A DNA stretch of 34,452 nucleotides. It comes from Chrysochromulina tobinii (taxonomy: Eukaryota). The stretch spans positions 1-34,452 of the forward strand of contig JWZX01001759.1 in assembly GCA_001275005.1 (NCBI GenBank). The letters run 5' to 3'. The notes under the pieces were generated by a model. That model saw only the letters and a list, made by a program, of their open reading frames with translations, had not been told where the DNA came from and did no database searches. Position 1 is the first letter of the stretch; each line of letters begins with the position of its first letter. The translations under genes and the position numbers were made by a program. Positions 9,683 through 20,448 of this stretch are shown here, in pieces.

Positions 9683-10991
9683 TTTGCCATGATGCCATCT
9701 GGTCGATTGGCGTCACACACATAAAGTTGTCTAACGTACTTATCTACTTAATGTTGACTCCTAGACGTTGGCTTAGTGTTTCGTTTCAAGTCCCAATGTT
9801 GTTTAATGTTCAACAGCGCGTTAGTGCTGCGCGTTACTACTTTGTTTAAGTCTTAAGAATGCGACCGACCCCCAAACATGTAACATCAATGTTAAGAATA
9901 ACTCAATGAAGAATGACCAAACATCAATTTTCACGGTCACGTCGACGTCCGGGTCCGCCGCCTAGACCCGCAATATATCGAAAGTTCACTAGCAAGAGCA
10001 TCTCGGCCTCCCTGATACTGCTCGCTACTAACTCGCTACGGTTGACGCGAAGACGTCGTGCGGGTGCGCGTTTCTGGCGGGGGCCGGCCGGGGGCCGTCC
10101 TGGATGGCCCCCGCGCCCCCTTGCCTTTCTTGCCCGTTTGCCCAACGCGTGACCGTGAGGATCGAACGGTTGGAACGGAGATCAAACGGAGATCTCAACG
10201 TTCGCGCCAAGTGCACATCTTCGGGGAATTTCCTCTCGTTCTGCTGTTAAAGTTTAAGTTAAGAAATTTTTCGTTCTGAGGTTCACATTCTGTTGTTCGA
10301 ATCATATTTCCAATCACGACATCGTGAGTGTTGCCGGTTCTCGTTGAAGGTTGATCCGCGTATCGGGTACGTTGTCCGTTGCCGCCCTTGTCCGGTCCGT
10401 CGAACGCGCCGCCCGCGCCGCGGCTCGCCGATGCGACGTCATGCGGTCGTCCGGTCCGGAACGCCCTCACAAGGCTCAAGGGTCATGTGCGGTCATGGCT
10501 CATCGCACTGAGTTCGTTCCTGCTCTTAACGTTAGACAACTCTACACCCACACCCACACATGTACGAGATACCGAATACGTGTTGCCGAGTTGTGTTTCG
10601 AGCTGCTTGCTCTCTCTGGTGCTGGCTACATGCCCGATTTCCGCTCCCCCGTCCCCGCCCGGTCTCCCCCGGAGCGGCACGCACTTCCACTCGGGAGGAC
10701 GCGGAGCCACCGCACACACGCTGCACCGCACGACACGACACCCCCGCCGACATGGACACGAGACATATCATTCGGATCCGCGCATTATCTTTGAGGGAGA
10801 GGGGTCAGGGGTATGTGCGCAGGGTGTCGCCGTCGCACCGTCCGGTGCTGCTGGAGCTGAACATCTCGCCCCAGCCGGCATTCACGCCTCGTCACGCCCG
10901 CCTGCTGCCATCAAGCCCCCTCGATGCCGCGTCTTGAGGAGGCTTAACATCTGCCGACGTACCGGAGATGCGTAGGAGATGCGAGCCATGC

Positions 10992-12273
10992 TCACACGTT
11001 CTGCGCACCCGCCTCCGCGGCCGCCTCCGGCTTCTTCGTCCTCCGCGTGAACGAGAGCGAGCGCGCCATCTTGCCGAGAGTGCCCTCAGCGGCAGGCTCA
11101 CTCGCGGCCGGCGGGGCGGCGTCGGACGCCCGCGGCGTGCTGCTCTCCTTCTTCTGGTTGCGCTTCGTGAATGAGAGCGAGCGCGCCATCTTGCCCATTT
11201 GGCCCATAATCGAGCTCTCCTTCTGCCTCTTACGCTCTTCTGCCTTACTCTTCTTCTTGCGGTAGATCATGTGCCTGGCACCGCTCTGGATCTTAGTGGC
11301 AGCCCACTGTCTCAGGTTATCCTTCTTCAGCTTGAGCTCCGCCTGCGCCTGGCGGCGTCGAACCGCCGCCTGCAGCATGAGGGATGCGCCGCGCTCCTCA
11401 TGGAACTGGCCACGTGCCTTGTACGCGCGGAAACACTTTTGGATCCTGGTGGCCGCACGATTCTTCGCGCGCAACTCCTTCTTGAGTCTGTTCTCCTCGG
11501 TGGGGATCGCCTCAGCGACGCTCTCGAAAACGCTCTTCGCGCGCGCCGAGAGCTGGCCGAAGTTCTGCTCCGCCCCTTGCATGAAGTTCGCAAAGCCCGC
11601 AGCAATGTTGAGACCGCCTGGAGGAGGCGTGGGTGCGGGTGCGCTGCTGCTAGGGGCTCCGGGCCCGTTGATGACCTTCAGGCCCGTCAGCAGTGGCCCG
11701 GGTGCGCCTGCACCTGGGCCGCGTGGCGTCGCCGCGTCCGTGCGCGGCGTCGCCTGCGGCGCCTGTCCCGGCTGAGCAGCCTCGATGGCCTTGCGCGCGT
11801 TCTCGGCCTCGATCTGCGCATACTCCTCGTACTTCGCATCGAAGTCAGCGCGCTTCGGTAGCTTCTTAATTTTCAAGTAGCCCTCCGATTCGCGCAGCAG
11901 CCGCGCAGCATGCAGCGGGCCCTGGACGTCTTGGCCCTGCACTGACATGATGCGCTCGCCGACAAACAGCTTGCCGACGGCCGGGCCCGTGGCGCCGAGC
12001 CGGCTGATGATGGCCGCTTCCGGCACGCCGCCCTCCTGCGGATCGCGTCGGTAGAATGTCACGCCCAGCTTACTGTCTTTGGACTCCTTGTACAGGATGA
12101 CCTCCTGGGCCTGCGGAGGACGCGGCGGCGGGCGAGGGCGGTGAGGAGCACGGAGACCAAGAGCGCGCCGCGTCGCAGGGGCCAAGGATGCAACATCCGA
12201 TCGGCGTGGCACATGCGAAGAGGCGTGGCTCGCGGCATCGCACCTGCGCCAGCTGCGCGCCAATGCCAAACAT
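10992..12273 (-). CDS. PDZ-domain + IQ-motif protein; exons 12273-12244, 12110-10992
   Basis: PDZ-like KDSKLGVTF...IISRL...GKLFVGERIMSVQGQ; IQ motifs AATRIQKCFRAY, LQAAVRR, AATKIQSGAR; CAG|GTGCG...CCGCAG intron gives MFGIGAQLAQ|AQEVILYK. Confidence 0.75.
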
Positions 12274-12571
12274 CCTTGGCCGACTCAAGGACGACTTGGA
12301 GGCCAAGCTGGGTTTGTCGATTTGGGCCGCTAAAAAGGGCTCTGATTAGGGGCGTAATCACTTTGCCTTCTAGGTTCGAAAAAACCCCGTGATCAAGTCA
12401 AGTCACGTCACGTCAAGGCACGTCAAGGGCACGCGCAAGTTGACCTTGAGATCTTGATTGTGTTGCGTGAGTGCTCGCCAAAAAGAGATTTTCTCCGACG
12501 GCGGTGCCGCGCCCCGAACGAAAAAGCGGCACGCGACCCGAGTTCCCCTCAAGACCCTCAAGGTGTCCACG

Positions 12572-12997
12572 ATGAGTTTTTTCGCCGAATTCATCGAGGG
12601 TCTTGATCCAGTGAAGAGGGAGCTACGCACGAAGAACCGTGCGGCACGCAAGATCCAAAGGTCGTTCAAGAACCACTCGTCCAAAGGCGAGTTCGAGGAG
12701 AAGCGCGGCGCGGCAATCTTCCTGCAGGCTGCTGCACGGCGCAAGAGGGCGCAGTCGTTGCTCGAGGCGAAGAAGAATGACCTCAGGATCTGGGCCGCGA
12801 TGGAGATCCAGGACGCCGGTAGGCGCATGATCCTCCGCAAGGCGGCGAAGAAGGCGGCCGAAGACAGGCGGCGGGCAAAAGCCGGTTTACTGGGTATGGG
12901 CGTTGGTACGTACCGCAGTATGGCGCGCTCACTCTCCTTCACGAAGAAGAAGAGCCCCGAAAAGAAGCCCAAAGTCGCATCGGTGCAGGAGCTTTGA
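12572..12997 (+). CDS. Small IQ-motif protein, paralog of the C-terminal half of the adjacent PDZ-IQ gene
   Basis: KRELRTKNRAARKIQRSF...LQAAARR...WAAMEIQ...MARSLSFTK aligns by eye with the neighbour. Confidence 0.75.
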   Translation: MSFFAEFIEGLDPVKRELRTKNRAARKIQRSFKNHSSKGEFEEKRGAAIFLQAAARRKRAQSLLEAKKNDLRIWAAMEIQDAGRRMILRKAAKKAAEDRRRAKAGLLGMGVGTYRSMARSLSFTKKKSPEKKPKVASVQEL

Positions 12998-13799
12998 GCG
13001 CAGGCAGGAGACAGTAATGAGTGAGGCCGCGGTGGCACACTATTCCTGCGTTGAGAGGCCGCTTGCCCCGGCGACGACTCTCCGGGCAGCCCCAGAGATG
13101 CGCCGCGACGCGGAAGAAGTGACATGAGAAGGGCGAGGCGTGCGAGCGGCCCTGAAGAGGCCCGGCCGACAGGGTCATAGGCTCTCAGCGTGTCGCATCT
13201 GCTCGCACGTGGACACTTGATCTACAGCGCCACCGGCAAATGTGCAAGACCCCCGCTTGCCCAACAACCCGTATGACGCTGTTCTGTATGCGGGGGAGTG
13301 AGTGGTCACTGTGCGCATGTGTTTCCCTGGTGGTCTGTAGGCCAGGGAATACGCGACGCTCGCCCCGGAATACGGTAGAATCGAAGCTGACGAGAAGTGT
13401 ATAACGGGACCAATTGGATACGCACTGCGGGACGTGTCCGCAGTTGCTTCCCACGTCGAGCCGGACGCCCCCAGGCTGCGGACGGCGGAGCAAGTACCCC
13501 CGCGGGTTGTTGCGCGTTCCTCCGGCTCCGCTCCCGGAGAGATATCAGATAACAAGACGAGTTGGTCACTCTACGGAGAGATGCCGGTGAGCGGCTGCGG
13601 TGCCGGCCCTGTGGGCCTGGCTGCGTGGCTGGTGCCTAAGGCTCTCGCGAGGGAGCTCGACGAGCGCGATGGTTGTTGGTGCGCTTGAGGAGGATGCTGG
13701 TTCAATTTCAAGAGATTGTGCGTGCGCCGTCATCATGTTTTCATCCCTCATGCGTCCTGTTTCGTCGCGGGCCCGACGGATCGCACACCGGCCTGGAGC

Positions 13800-14804
13800 A
13801 TGGATGTACCGTCGACGACCACGACCGCGGTCCAGACCTCTCTCCGGGCGGCTGCCCACGCCTTCGGTGACATGCCCAACGCGCGCACGCCGCCGCACTC
13901 GGTGTCACAGCTTTTGCACTACCTCCAATCCGCCGAGCTCCAGGCGTCCGAGAAACCCCTCCCTCCGATGCGAATCATGCTCGCGCTTGCGGAGCAGACG
14001 ACGAGCGAGCTCGAGGCGCGGTCGCGTAAGGCAGTGATGAAGCAGCGATGCTGGCTGCAGGAGCAGCTTCAGCATGGACTCGTCGTAGCCGATGCGCCCG
14101 GCTGGATGCGGCTTCCCAAGGGCCTGCGTACGATCCTTTGCTCACGGTATTCTGGTCACACAGAGGAGCGATACTTCGACAACCAGCCGCCGGCGCGCGC
14201 CGCGGCCGGACCAGACGCACTCGCAGCCGTGGGCGCGGCTCATGCACAGCTCAAGAGTCGCTACGCCCTGTGGCGGCGCGTGCTCGACTCGTCGTTCGGC
14301 TCGCACTGCTCGCCGCGGGAGATCCAGAGCACCCCGCGAGCGCAGGACAGCCACACGCCGTCGACCCGCGACGTCGACACCGGTGGCAGCCGCGACATTG
14401 TCGAGGAGGGCGATGACGGCATGGTCTTGCCTGTGACCTCTTCGGTGAGCATCGAGCTGCGCGGCGGTCCGAGCGGCATCATCTCGCCGCTCGTCGACGC
14501 GCGCACGCACTGGCAGGTGAAAGTGCGCCTCGACTGCGGGAGCGTACCCTGCCGCGTGAGTCGGCTGATACTCTCCGAGGACATCCGCGACGCCTGGGCT
14601 GTCGACTTGGCCGCCGAGGCCTTCGGCCCCGCCGAGCTCGCGGCCCTCGAGCGCCTTGCGACGGTCGAGCATTCCTTCTCACCGCCCGCCGAGCTGCTCG
14701 GCAGCTGCTCCTCGGTGCACGTGCGCCTCAAGATGCCGCGCGTACGCGCAAGCGGCTCACTCGAGACAGAGCCACCAAAGCTGCGCGTGGAGCGCGTGCT
14801 GTGA
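13800..14804 (+). CDS. Hypothetical protein (~334 aa)
   Basis: Long ORF with codon usage like neighbouring genes; no family recognised. Confidence 0.5.
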   Translation: MDVPSTTTTAVQTSLRAAAHAFGDMPNARTPPHSVSQLLHYLQSAELQASEKPLPPMRIMLALAEQTTSELEARSRKAVMKQRCWLQEQLQHGLVVADAPGWMRLPKGLRTILCSRYSGHTEERYFDNQPPARAAAGPDALAAVGAAHAQLKSRYALWRRVLDSSFGSHCSPREIQSTPRAQDSHTPSTRDVDTGGSRDIVEEGDDGMVLPVTSSVSIELRGGPSGIISPLVDARTHWQVKVRLDCGSVPCRVSRLILSEDIRDAWAVDLAAEAFGPAELAALERLATVEHSFSPPAELLGSCSSVHVRLKMPRVRASGSLETEPPKLRVERVL

Positions 14805-15301
14805 GAGGTCGTGTGCGCGAGAGCTGTTTGAGGCAGTGGGCACAGCAAGTGGAGAGGGGGTCCCTGTGGCATCGGTGCGACGTTTGTCGGATCGCGTGAC
14901 CGCCGGGCGACACGGATCCGGGCGCGGCCGCGGGTCGACGGTCGTGAACGGAAGATCTGAAAAGTACCGTACCGTACGGTGCCGTCCGGCCGGGCGTGAC
15001 CGCCCCGCGCGGCCTTGCGTGAGAGTCAGACGCGTGACCGACTGACCGTCCAGCTCCCCCCCGGTCGCCCCGGTTCCCGCCGCCGCCGCACACGACAAAC
15101 CCCGTGTAGCACGCGGCCACGACTGCACGTCAGTCAACACCGCGCTTACACCGCGCGACGGAACATCAGTCATAAGCACGCACATATCGTGACACAACCT
15201 CGGCATGCCTCTGTTCTTAGTTCTGTTCTTAGTTCTGTTCGACCCCCCCCCCCCCCCGCACCGCGGGGAAGTGCAGCAGATGGGGAGAAAGGGGGGAGAT
15301 C

Positions 15302-18300
15302 TCACCTCATCCGCACCGCGGGGAAACGCAGCAGGGACTCGGAGGCAGCTGAGTCGCGATCCGAGCCGCGGCTCGAGTCCGAATCACAAGATAGGCGCGA
15401 CGAGCGCAGAGAGTGCAGCGAGTCGCGGATCGAGTGACGAAGCGAGGTGCGGATCTCCGGCGACGAGTACTCGAGCGTAAGCGCCTCGAACTGCTCGTTC
15501 ATCTCGACCGAGAGCGGCTTGCGCAGCGGTGAGAGCACGGGTGCCTCGAGGGTGTACTTGGTGTCGAAGTTGGACACGTCGCTCGTCGGGTCGGCGGCAT
15601 TCAGCGTGGGCACAAACGGCGCCTCAAGCTTCCCGAGCATCAGCAGCTTCCAGTTCAGGTTGCGGAAAAAGGGGTGTGTCTTGAGGGAGGCAAAGTCGGA
15701 CTGACACGTGGGCGACTCTTCTCGGACACCGAGCCGCTGGGCGGGGTCCTTGGTGAGAAGCCCTTTGATGAGCCCCTTGGCCTCATTCGTGAACCAAGAG
15801 GGCAGCCGCAGCTTCGTGTGCACGATCTTGCGCTGCAGCTCCTTCTGCTCCTTGTGCCACCACGGCGCCTCGCCCGTCATCATCTCGTAGAGCAGCACAC
15901 CTGATGAGGGAGGCAATCAGAGGTCATCAGAGGTCATCACACCTGATGAGGCGTCATCAGCTCGTAGAGCAGCACACACCGAGCGACCACACGTCTCATC
16001 AGAGGTCATCAGAGGTCATCAGAGGTCATCAGAGGTCATCAGAGGTCATCAGCACACACCGAGCGACCACACGTCCACCGCCTGGCCACAAAGCATGCGC
16101 CGCAGCACCTCGGGCGCCATGTACTCGGTCGTGCCAACCAGCACAGGCCGGCCTGAGGCGGACGTGTGCGTGGCGGAAGCGGTCAGCCCAACGGCTGCGA
16201 GCCCGAAGTCACAGAGCTTCGCGTTCCCGTCGGCGCAGATGAGCACATTCTCCGGCTTGAGGTCGCGGTAGATGATGCTCTGCGCATGCAAGTGCTCGAG
16301 CGCGAGCATCACCTGCCAAATGAGGGAGGTCATTAGGGAGGTCATTAGGGAGGTCATTAGGGAGGTCATTAGGGGGGGTCATTAGGGTAGCCATGAGGGT
16401 GCTCGAGCGTCGTGACGATCACCTCGGCGGCATAGAAGCGCGCCATCTTCTCCGAGAACATCTCATGCGCCCTCAGGTGCGCGAAGAGCATGCCGCCCGG
16501 CACGTACTCCATCACGAAGTGCAGCTTGGACGCGCTCTGGAAGGCACATTCGAGCCCGAGGATGAACGGGTGGCGCGCCTCGGCATGCTGGCGCAGGATG
16601 CTCAGCTCGATCGCAATATTCTCCATCGAACGATAGCGCTCAATGGACGCCTTATCGACCACCTTCATCGCATAGATCTGGTGGTTGAGGTGGCAGCGTA
16701 CTTGGAAGACCTTGCCGTAGCCTCCCTTGCCCACGAGCCGCAGTAGCACAAAGTCGTCCATGGAGAGCGTGCGCATGCTTGCCGTCTCCGCCAGCTCGAG
16801 CTCCTCCACGAGCGCGTCCACCGCCTCCGCCGCCGCCGCCGCCGCCACACGTGCCAAAAAGTCCCCATCGAGCGGCGACGCGAGGTGCTCACCATGGCGC
16901 TCGTTGGCGTCGCTCCTTACGCTGCCCGCCGCCGCCTCCTCCGCCGCCTCCGCCGCCTCCGCCTCCTCCGCCTCCTCCGCCTCCTCCGGCGCCGAGATCG
17001 ACCGCAGCAGCGCGGCGAGGGCCGCCGTGAGCTCTGCCGCTGCCGCTGCGGCATGCGCCCCATCGTACCGCGGCAACTCGCCGCTGATCAGCGAGCGACT
17101 CGACGGCGGCACGATGATCTTGAGCACGACGGGGGGGCTCGGCGGCGTCGTTGCGGGCGGCGTCGTCGCCGCGCTCGCGCCGGCGTCGTTCTCGTCAGGC
17201 ATCATCGAAGTGTCTGGATCGGCCAGATTGAGCGTCGTCGCGGGCGTCGTCGTCGTGGGCGCCGCAGTGCCCGTCGGCACCGCAAGCTCGTCTGTGACCG
17301 TGGCGCTGAGTGGTGGGCGCAGGCCGGTGGCAGCAGCAGCGGACGTTGAGGCGCCGACGGCGGGCGCGCTGCGCTGGGCACCTGGTGGCGGAGCGCCGTG
17401 CTGGGCGGCGGGAGGCAGCTTCATCGAGTGTGGGAAGTTGTGCGGCGGAGAGTGCCGAGGGTGAGGGGTGTCAGGACCGTGCAACGGCTCCCTGATCTCG
17501 TCTTCGATATCATCGTGTAAGGGCTCCCTGATCTCATCGTCGTGCGCCGCCTCGATCGACATATGCACCGGATCCGATGCTGCCCACGACGGCGCGGCCG
17601 CGCTGCCGGCCGCTGCCCACGACGGCGCCATGGGAGCCGCGACGGCGCCAGTGCCGGTGGATGCTGCAGCAGGGGTGGGTGGTGTGACCGAGGAGGAGGT
17701 CGAAGAGGCGGGCGTGGGTGTGGCCGAGGAGGCGAGGAAGGAGGAGGCCGAGGAGGAGGTGGAGATGGCTGTAGTGCTCGACGCGGCGCTCATGCGCAGC
17801 ATCGAGGAGACGGAGGCTGCCTCGAGCCCCCCGCTACCCGCCTTGGCCCCCGGCGAGAGAGGGCCGCTGCTCGCTGTGGGCGGCGGCCGGCTATGTAGAA
17901 GCGATCCATGGCTAAGGGTGGCGGGGAGGGCATCGAGGTGACGCAGCTCTCCCAATGCGGTGGCAGCCGCGCTGCTCTGCTGCTTGATCTTCTGTGCCGA
18001 GGACTTGAACTGATACAGCCGATCCAGCATTGCCTGGCCCTCATCCGCCGATGCGCCCGCGACGGCGCCGGCGCCGCGTCCGCCGCCGCCGCCGCTGGCG
18101 CCCACGCCGGCGCCGGCGCGTCCCCCCCAGGCCCCCGCAGGGGGCTGCTTGCGCCACGTGGCGTCGGGCGACGCGCCGGCGGCACTGGCGCCGAGGCTGC
18201 TCCCCCACGCGCTCGGCTTGGGCGTGGACGTGCTGAGTGGGTGCGCCTCCTCCTCCTCGCGCGATTCGCGCGGCGCCACGTGTACGGTCTCGACCGTTGG

Positions 18301-20172
18301 TGCCCGCCACGGCGCGTGCATGGCCGAGGCGGCCGCGGAGGCCGAGGCGGCCGCGGAGGCCGCGGAGGCCTGCGGTGCGCCCGGCTCGGCGGGCATCGTC
18401 AAATCCGCCTCCTCCCACGAGGCCACGGAGACGGTCGACATGCGGTTGCTCGGTCGGCCTGATGGGCGGGCCGAGGGCTGCAGCGAGCGAGCGTCCGGCG
18501 CCGTCGTGGGCACCGGCGCGGCGGACGGAGCGGCTGAAAGAGGCGGCGCGGGGGGCGCAGGTGGAGCTGGTGGCGCAGATGGAGCTGGTGGCGAAGGCGG
18601 AGCTGGCGGCGGTGGAGCTGGCGGCGGTGGAGCTGGCGGCGGTGGAGGCGGAGGAGCGGCGGAGGGCGGGCCGTCGGCGCCAGCTGCGGCTGCGGAGGCG
18701 GCTGCGGAGGCGGCTGCGGGGGCAGCTGCGGAGGCGTCTGCGGGGGCAGCTGCGGAGGCGTCTGCGGGGGGCCATCGCCCCTCGTCATCACGAGCCATCT
18801 GGCGCTGCAGCGTGGCCAGCTCGTACTCGAGCTGCGGAATCGAGAGCACCTGATGAGGGAAGCCATCGGAGGTCATCAGTGAGGCAATCAGAGGCAATCA
18901 GCTCATACTCGAGCTGTGGAACTGAGAGCACCTTGGCCTGTAGGGCCTCGGTCAATCAGAGGCAATCACATGCAATCAGAGGCAATCACATGCAATCATA
19001 GGCAATCAGCGGTCATCAGTGAGGTAATCAGAGACCATCAGAGGCCATCAGAGGCCATCAGAGGCCATCAGAGGCCATCAGTACCTTGGCCTGTTGGGCT
19101 TCGTTGAGAGGTTTGCCATCAGCGTGCTCCTGCTGCACCGCGAGGGCCTGCCGGAGCTTCTTGAGGATCGCTCGCTCGCGCTTCTCCGCCTCGCTCTTGG
19201 CACTGCTCGTGGCCTCGGCGGCCGGGGTGCCCGCTAGCTCGTACGAAACTGCCGCCTCGGCCATCGGCTGAGTCTCGGCAGACAGCGCGCCCTGCGCCTC
19301 TGCGGCCGCCTCTGCGGCCGCCCCTGCGGCCGCCTCGGCTGCCTCGGCCGCCTCCGCCGCCTCGGCCGCCTCCATCCTGGCTCGTAGCGCCGCCTTCTTC
19401 CTCTCCCGCGCGGCCGCCTTCGCAGCGGCCGCCTCATCGGCGCTCGCCTCGGCGCTCGTCACGGCGCTCGCCGCACTGCTCAGCACGGCGCTCGACTCGG
19501 CGCTCAGAACGGCGCTCGCATCGGCGCTCAGCACGGCGCTCGCCTCGGCGCTCAGCACGAGTTTAGTCACGGCGCTCGTCTCGCTGGCCGTGGCACGGCC
19601 CTCAGAAGATGGCGTGACAGCCCCCCCAGCTGCCCCGACGGGCAGTGCCGTGTCAGTGGCCTCGGCCGATGGTGGCGCCGCGGCCGCGGGCGGCGGCGTG
19701 GCCGCGGCCTTGGCGGCGGCCACGTCCTCAGCGGCCGCCTGCGCGGCCTCCAACTGCGCCTCCGCCGCCGCACGCTCCTCCTTGAGCTCTGCCTCGCTCG
19801 CAAGCTTCTGCAGCTGCTCCGCGGTGAGGGTCTTGGCCTCGAGGCTGCGTGGCGAGAGGCACATCGACCCGGAGGGCGTGAGTGGCATCCACTGGAACTC
19901 GCGATGGGCAGCTCCAGGCGGCAGCATGTGCGTTGCGGCGGCAGTGCTGACCTTCGGATTTCCTCAATCTGACGCAGCTTCTTCGTGAGCGCACGGATGC
20001 GCTTGTTCAGGGCTGTTACGGGATCGTCGATGGACTGCGCGAGACACAGCCGCGCTCTCAGGTCAGCAGCGGGAAGAGCGGACACGGTGCTGAGCATGAT
20101 GGGTACGTCGCGCGGGTCTGTGCAGCTCGTTTCACGCACCACCACAGCCGTGGATGGCCCCTCGGTTGCCAT
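15302..20172 (-). CDS. S6K-like AGC kinase with a long N-terminal extension (~1419 aa); exons 20172-19952, 19844-19085, 18849-16423, 16312-16060, 15900-15302
   Basis: [54 protein letters not shown] tail APFVP...DVSNFD; four GT-AG introns give one continuous frame (4260 nt). Confidence 0.85.
15901..16059 (-). other. Repeat-family intron #2
   Basis: G|GTGTGTGCTGATGACCTC...TGATTGCCTCCCTCATCAG|GTGTG; internal junction copy 15952-15995. Confidence 0.88.
16313..16422 (-). other. Repeat-family intron #3 (12-mer CCCTAATGACCT variant)
   Basis: GAG|GTGATCGTCACGACGCTCGAGCAC...(CCCTAATGACCT)n CCCTCATTTGGCAG|GTGATGCTCGCGCTCGAGCAC. Confidence 0.88.
18850..19084 (-). other. Repeat-family intron #4
   Basis: AAG|GTACTGATGGCCTC...CCCTCATCAG|GTGCTC; internal junction copy 18899-18950. 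Confidence 0.88.
19845..19951 (-). other. Ordinary GT-AG intron
   Basis: AG|GTCAGC...CCACGCAG|C joins [13 protein letters not shown] in frame. Confidence 0.75.
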
Positions 20173-20448
20173 CGCCGTGGTAGGCGCACAGCCAGTATTC
20201 GCAATGCCGACGGCCACAACGAATACTGGAGGCAGCACACAGCGTGTGATGATTTGCTTCTCGCGCCTCCGCTCCGTCGGCTGCGACCTCAAACGAGGTC
20301 GCCCCAAAAATGAACTTTGTCATTCATCTACGATTCGGTCTCGCTCGAAAAGTGACTGGCGTGTGCATACACAAAGATTGGTCTATGCGCCAAATTTTGC
20401 CACGAGAAGGAAATGAAGGGATCCTAGCAGGGTCAGAGCAGGTCTCGC

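Noticed and set aside
10379..10975. 198-aa plus-strand ORF
   Set aside because: Non-ATG start, no motifs; probably overlaps the 3'UTR of the PDZ-IQ gene.
13017..13740. Possible gene between the IQ gene and the hypothetical protein
   Set aside because: Only short ORFs on both strands; I could not build a consistent spliced model.
15901..16059. CTGATGA as hammerhead ribozyme core or snoRNA C/D boxes (BCD1 is nearby)
   Set aside because: No GAAA or three-stem hammerhead layout. Variants TGATTG/TGATGG break box C while CTGAT persists, which fits a branch point better. BCD1 proximity is likely coincidence.
15904..16369. ORF peptides such as [19 protein letters not shown] and [12 protein letters not shown]
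   Set aside because: Translations of intronic repeats, not real coding sequence.
16727..19001. Many long overlapping or antisense ORFs here and across the window
   Set aside because: Expected shadow ORFs of high-GC, low-complexity coding DNA; no recognisable domains.
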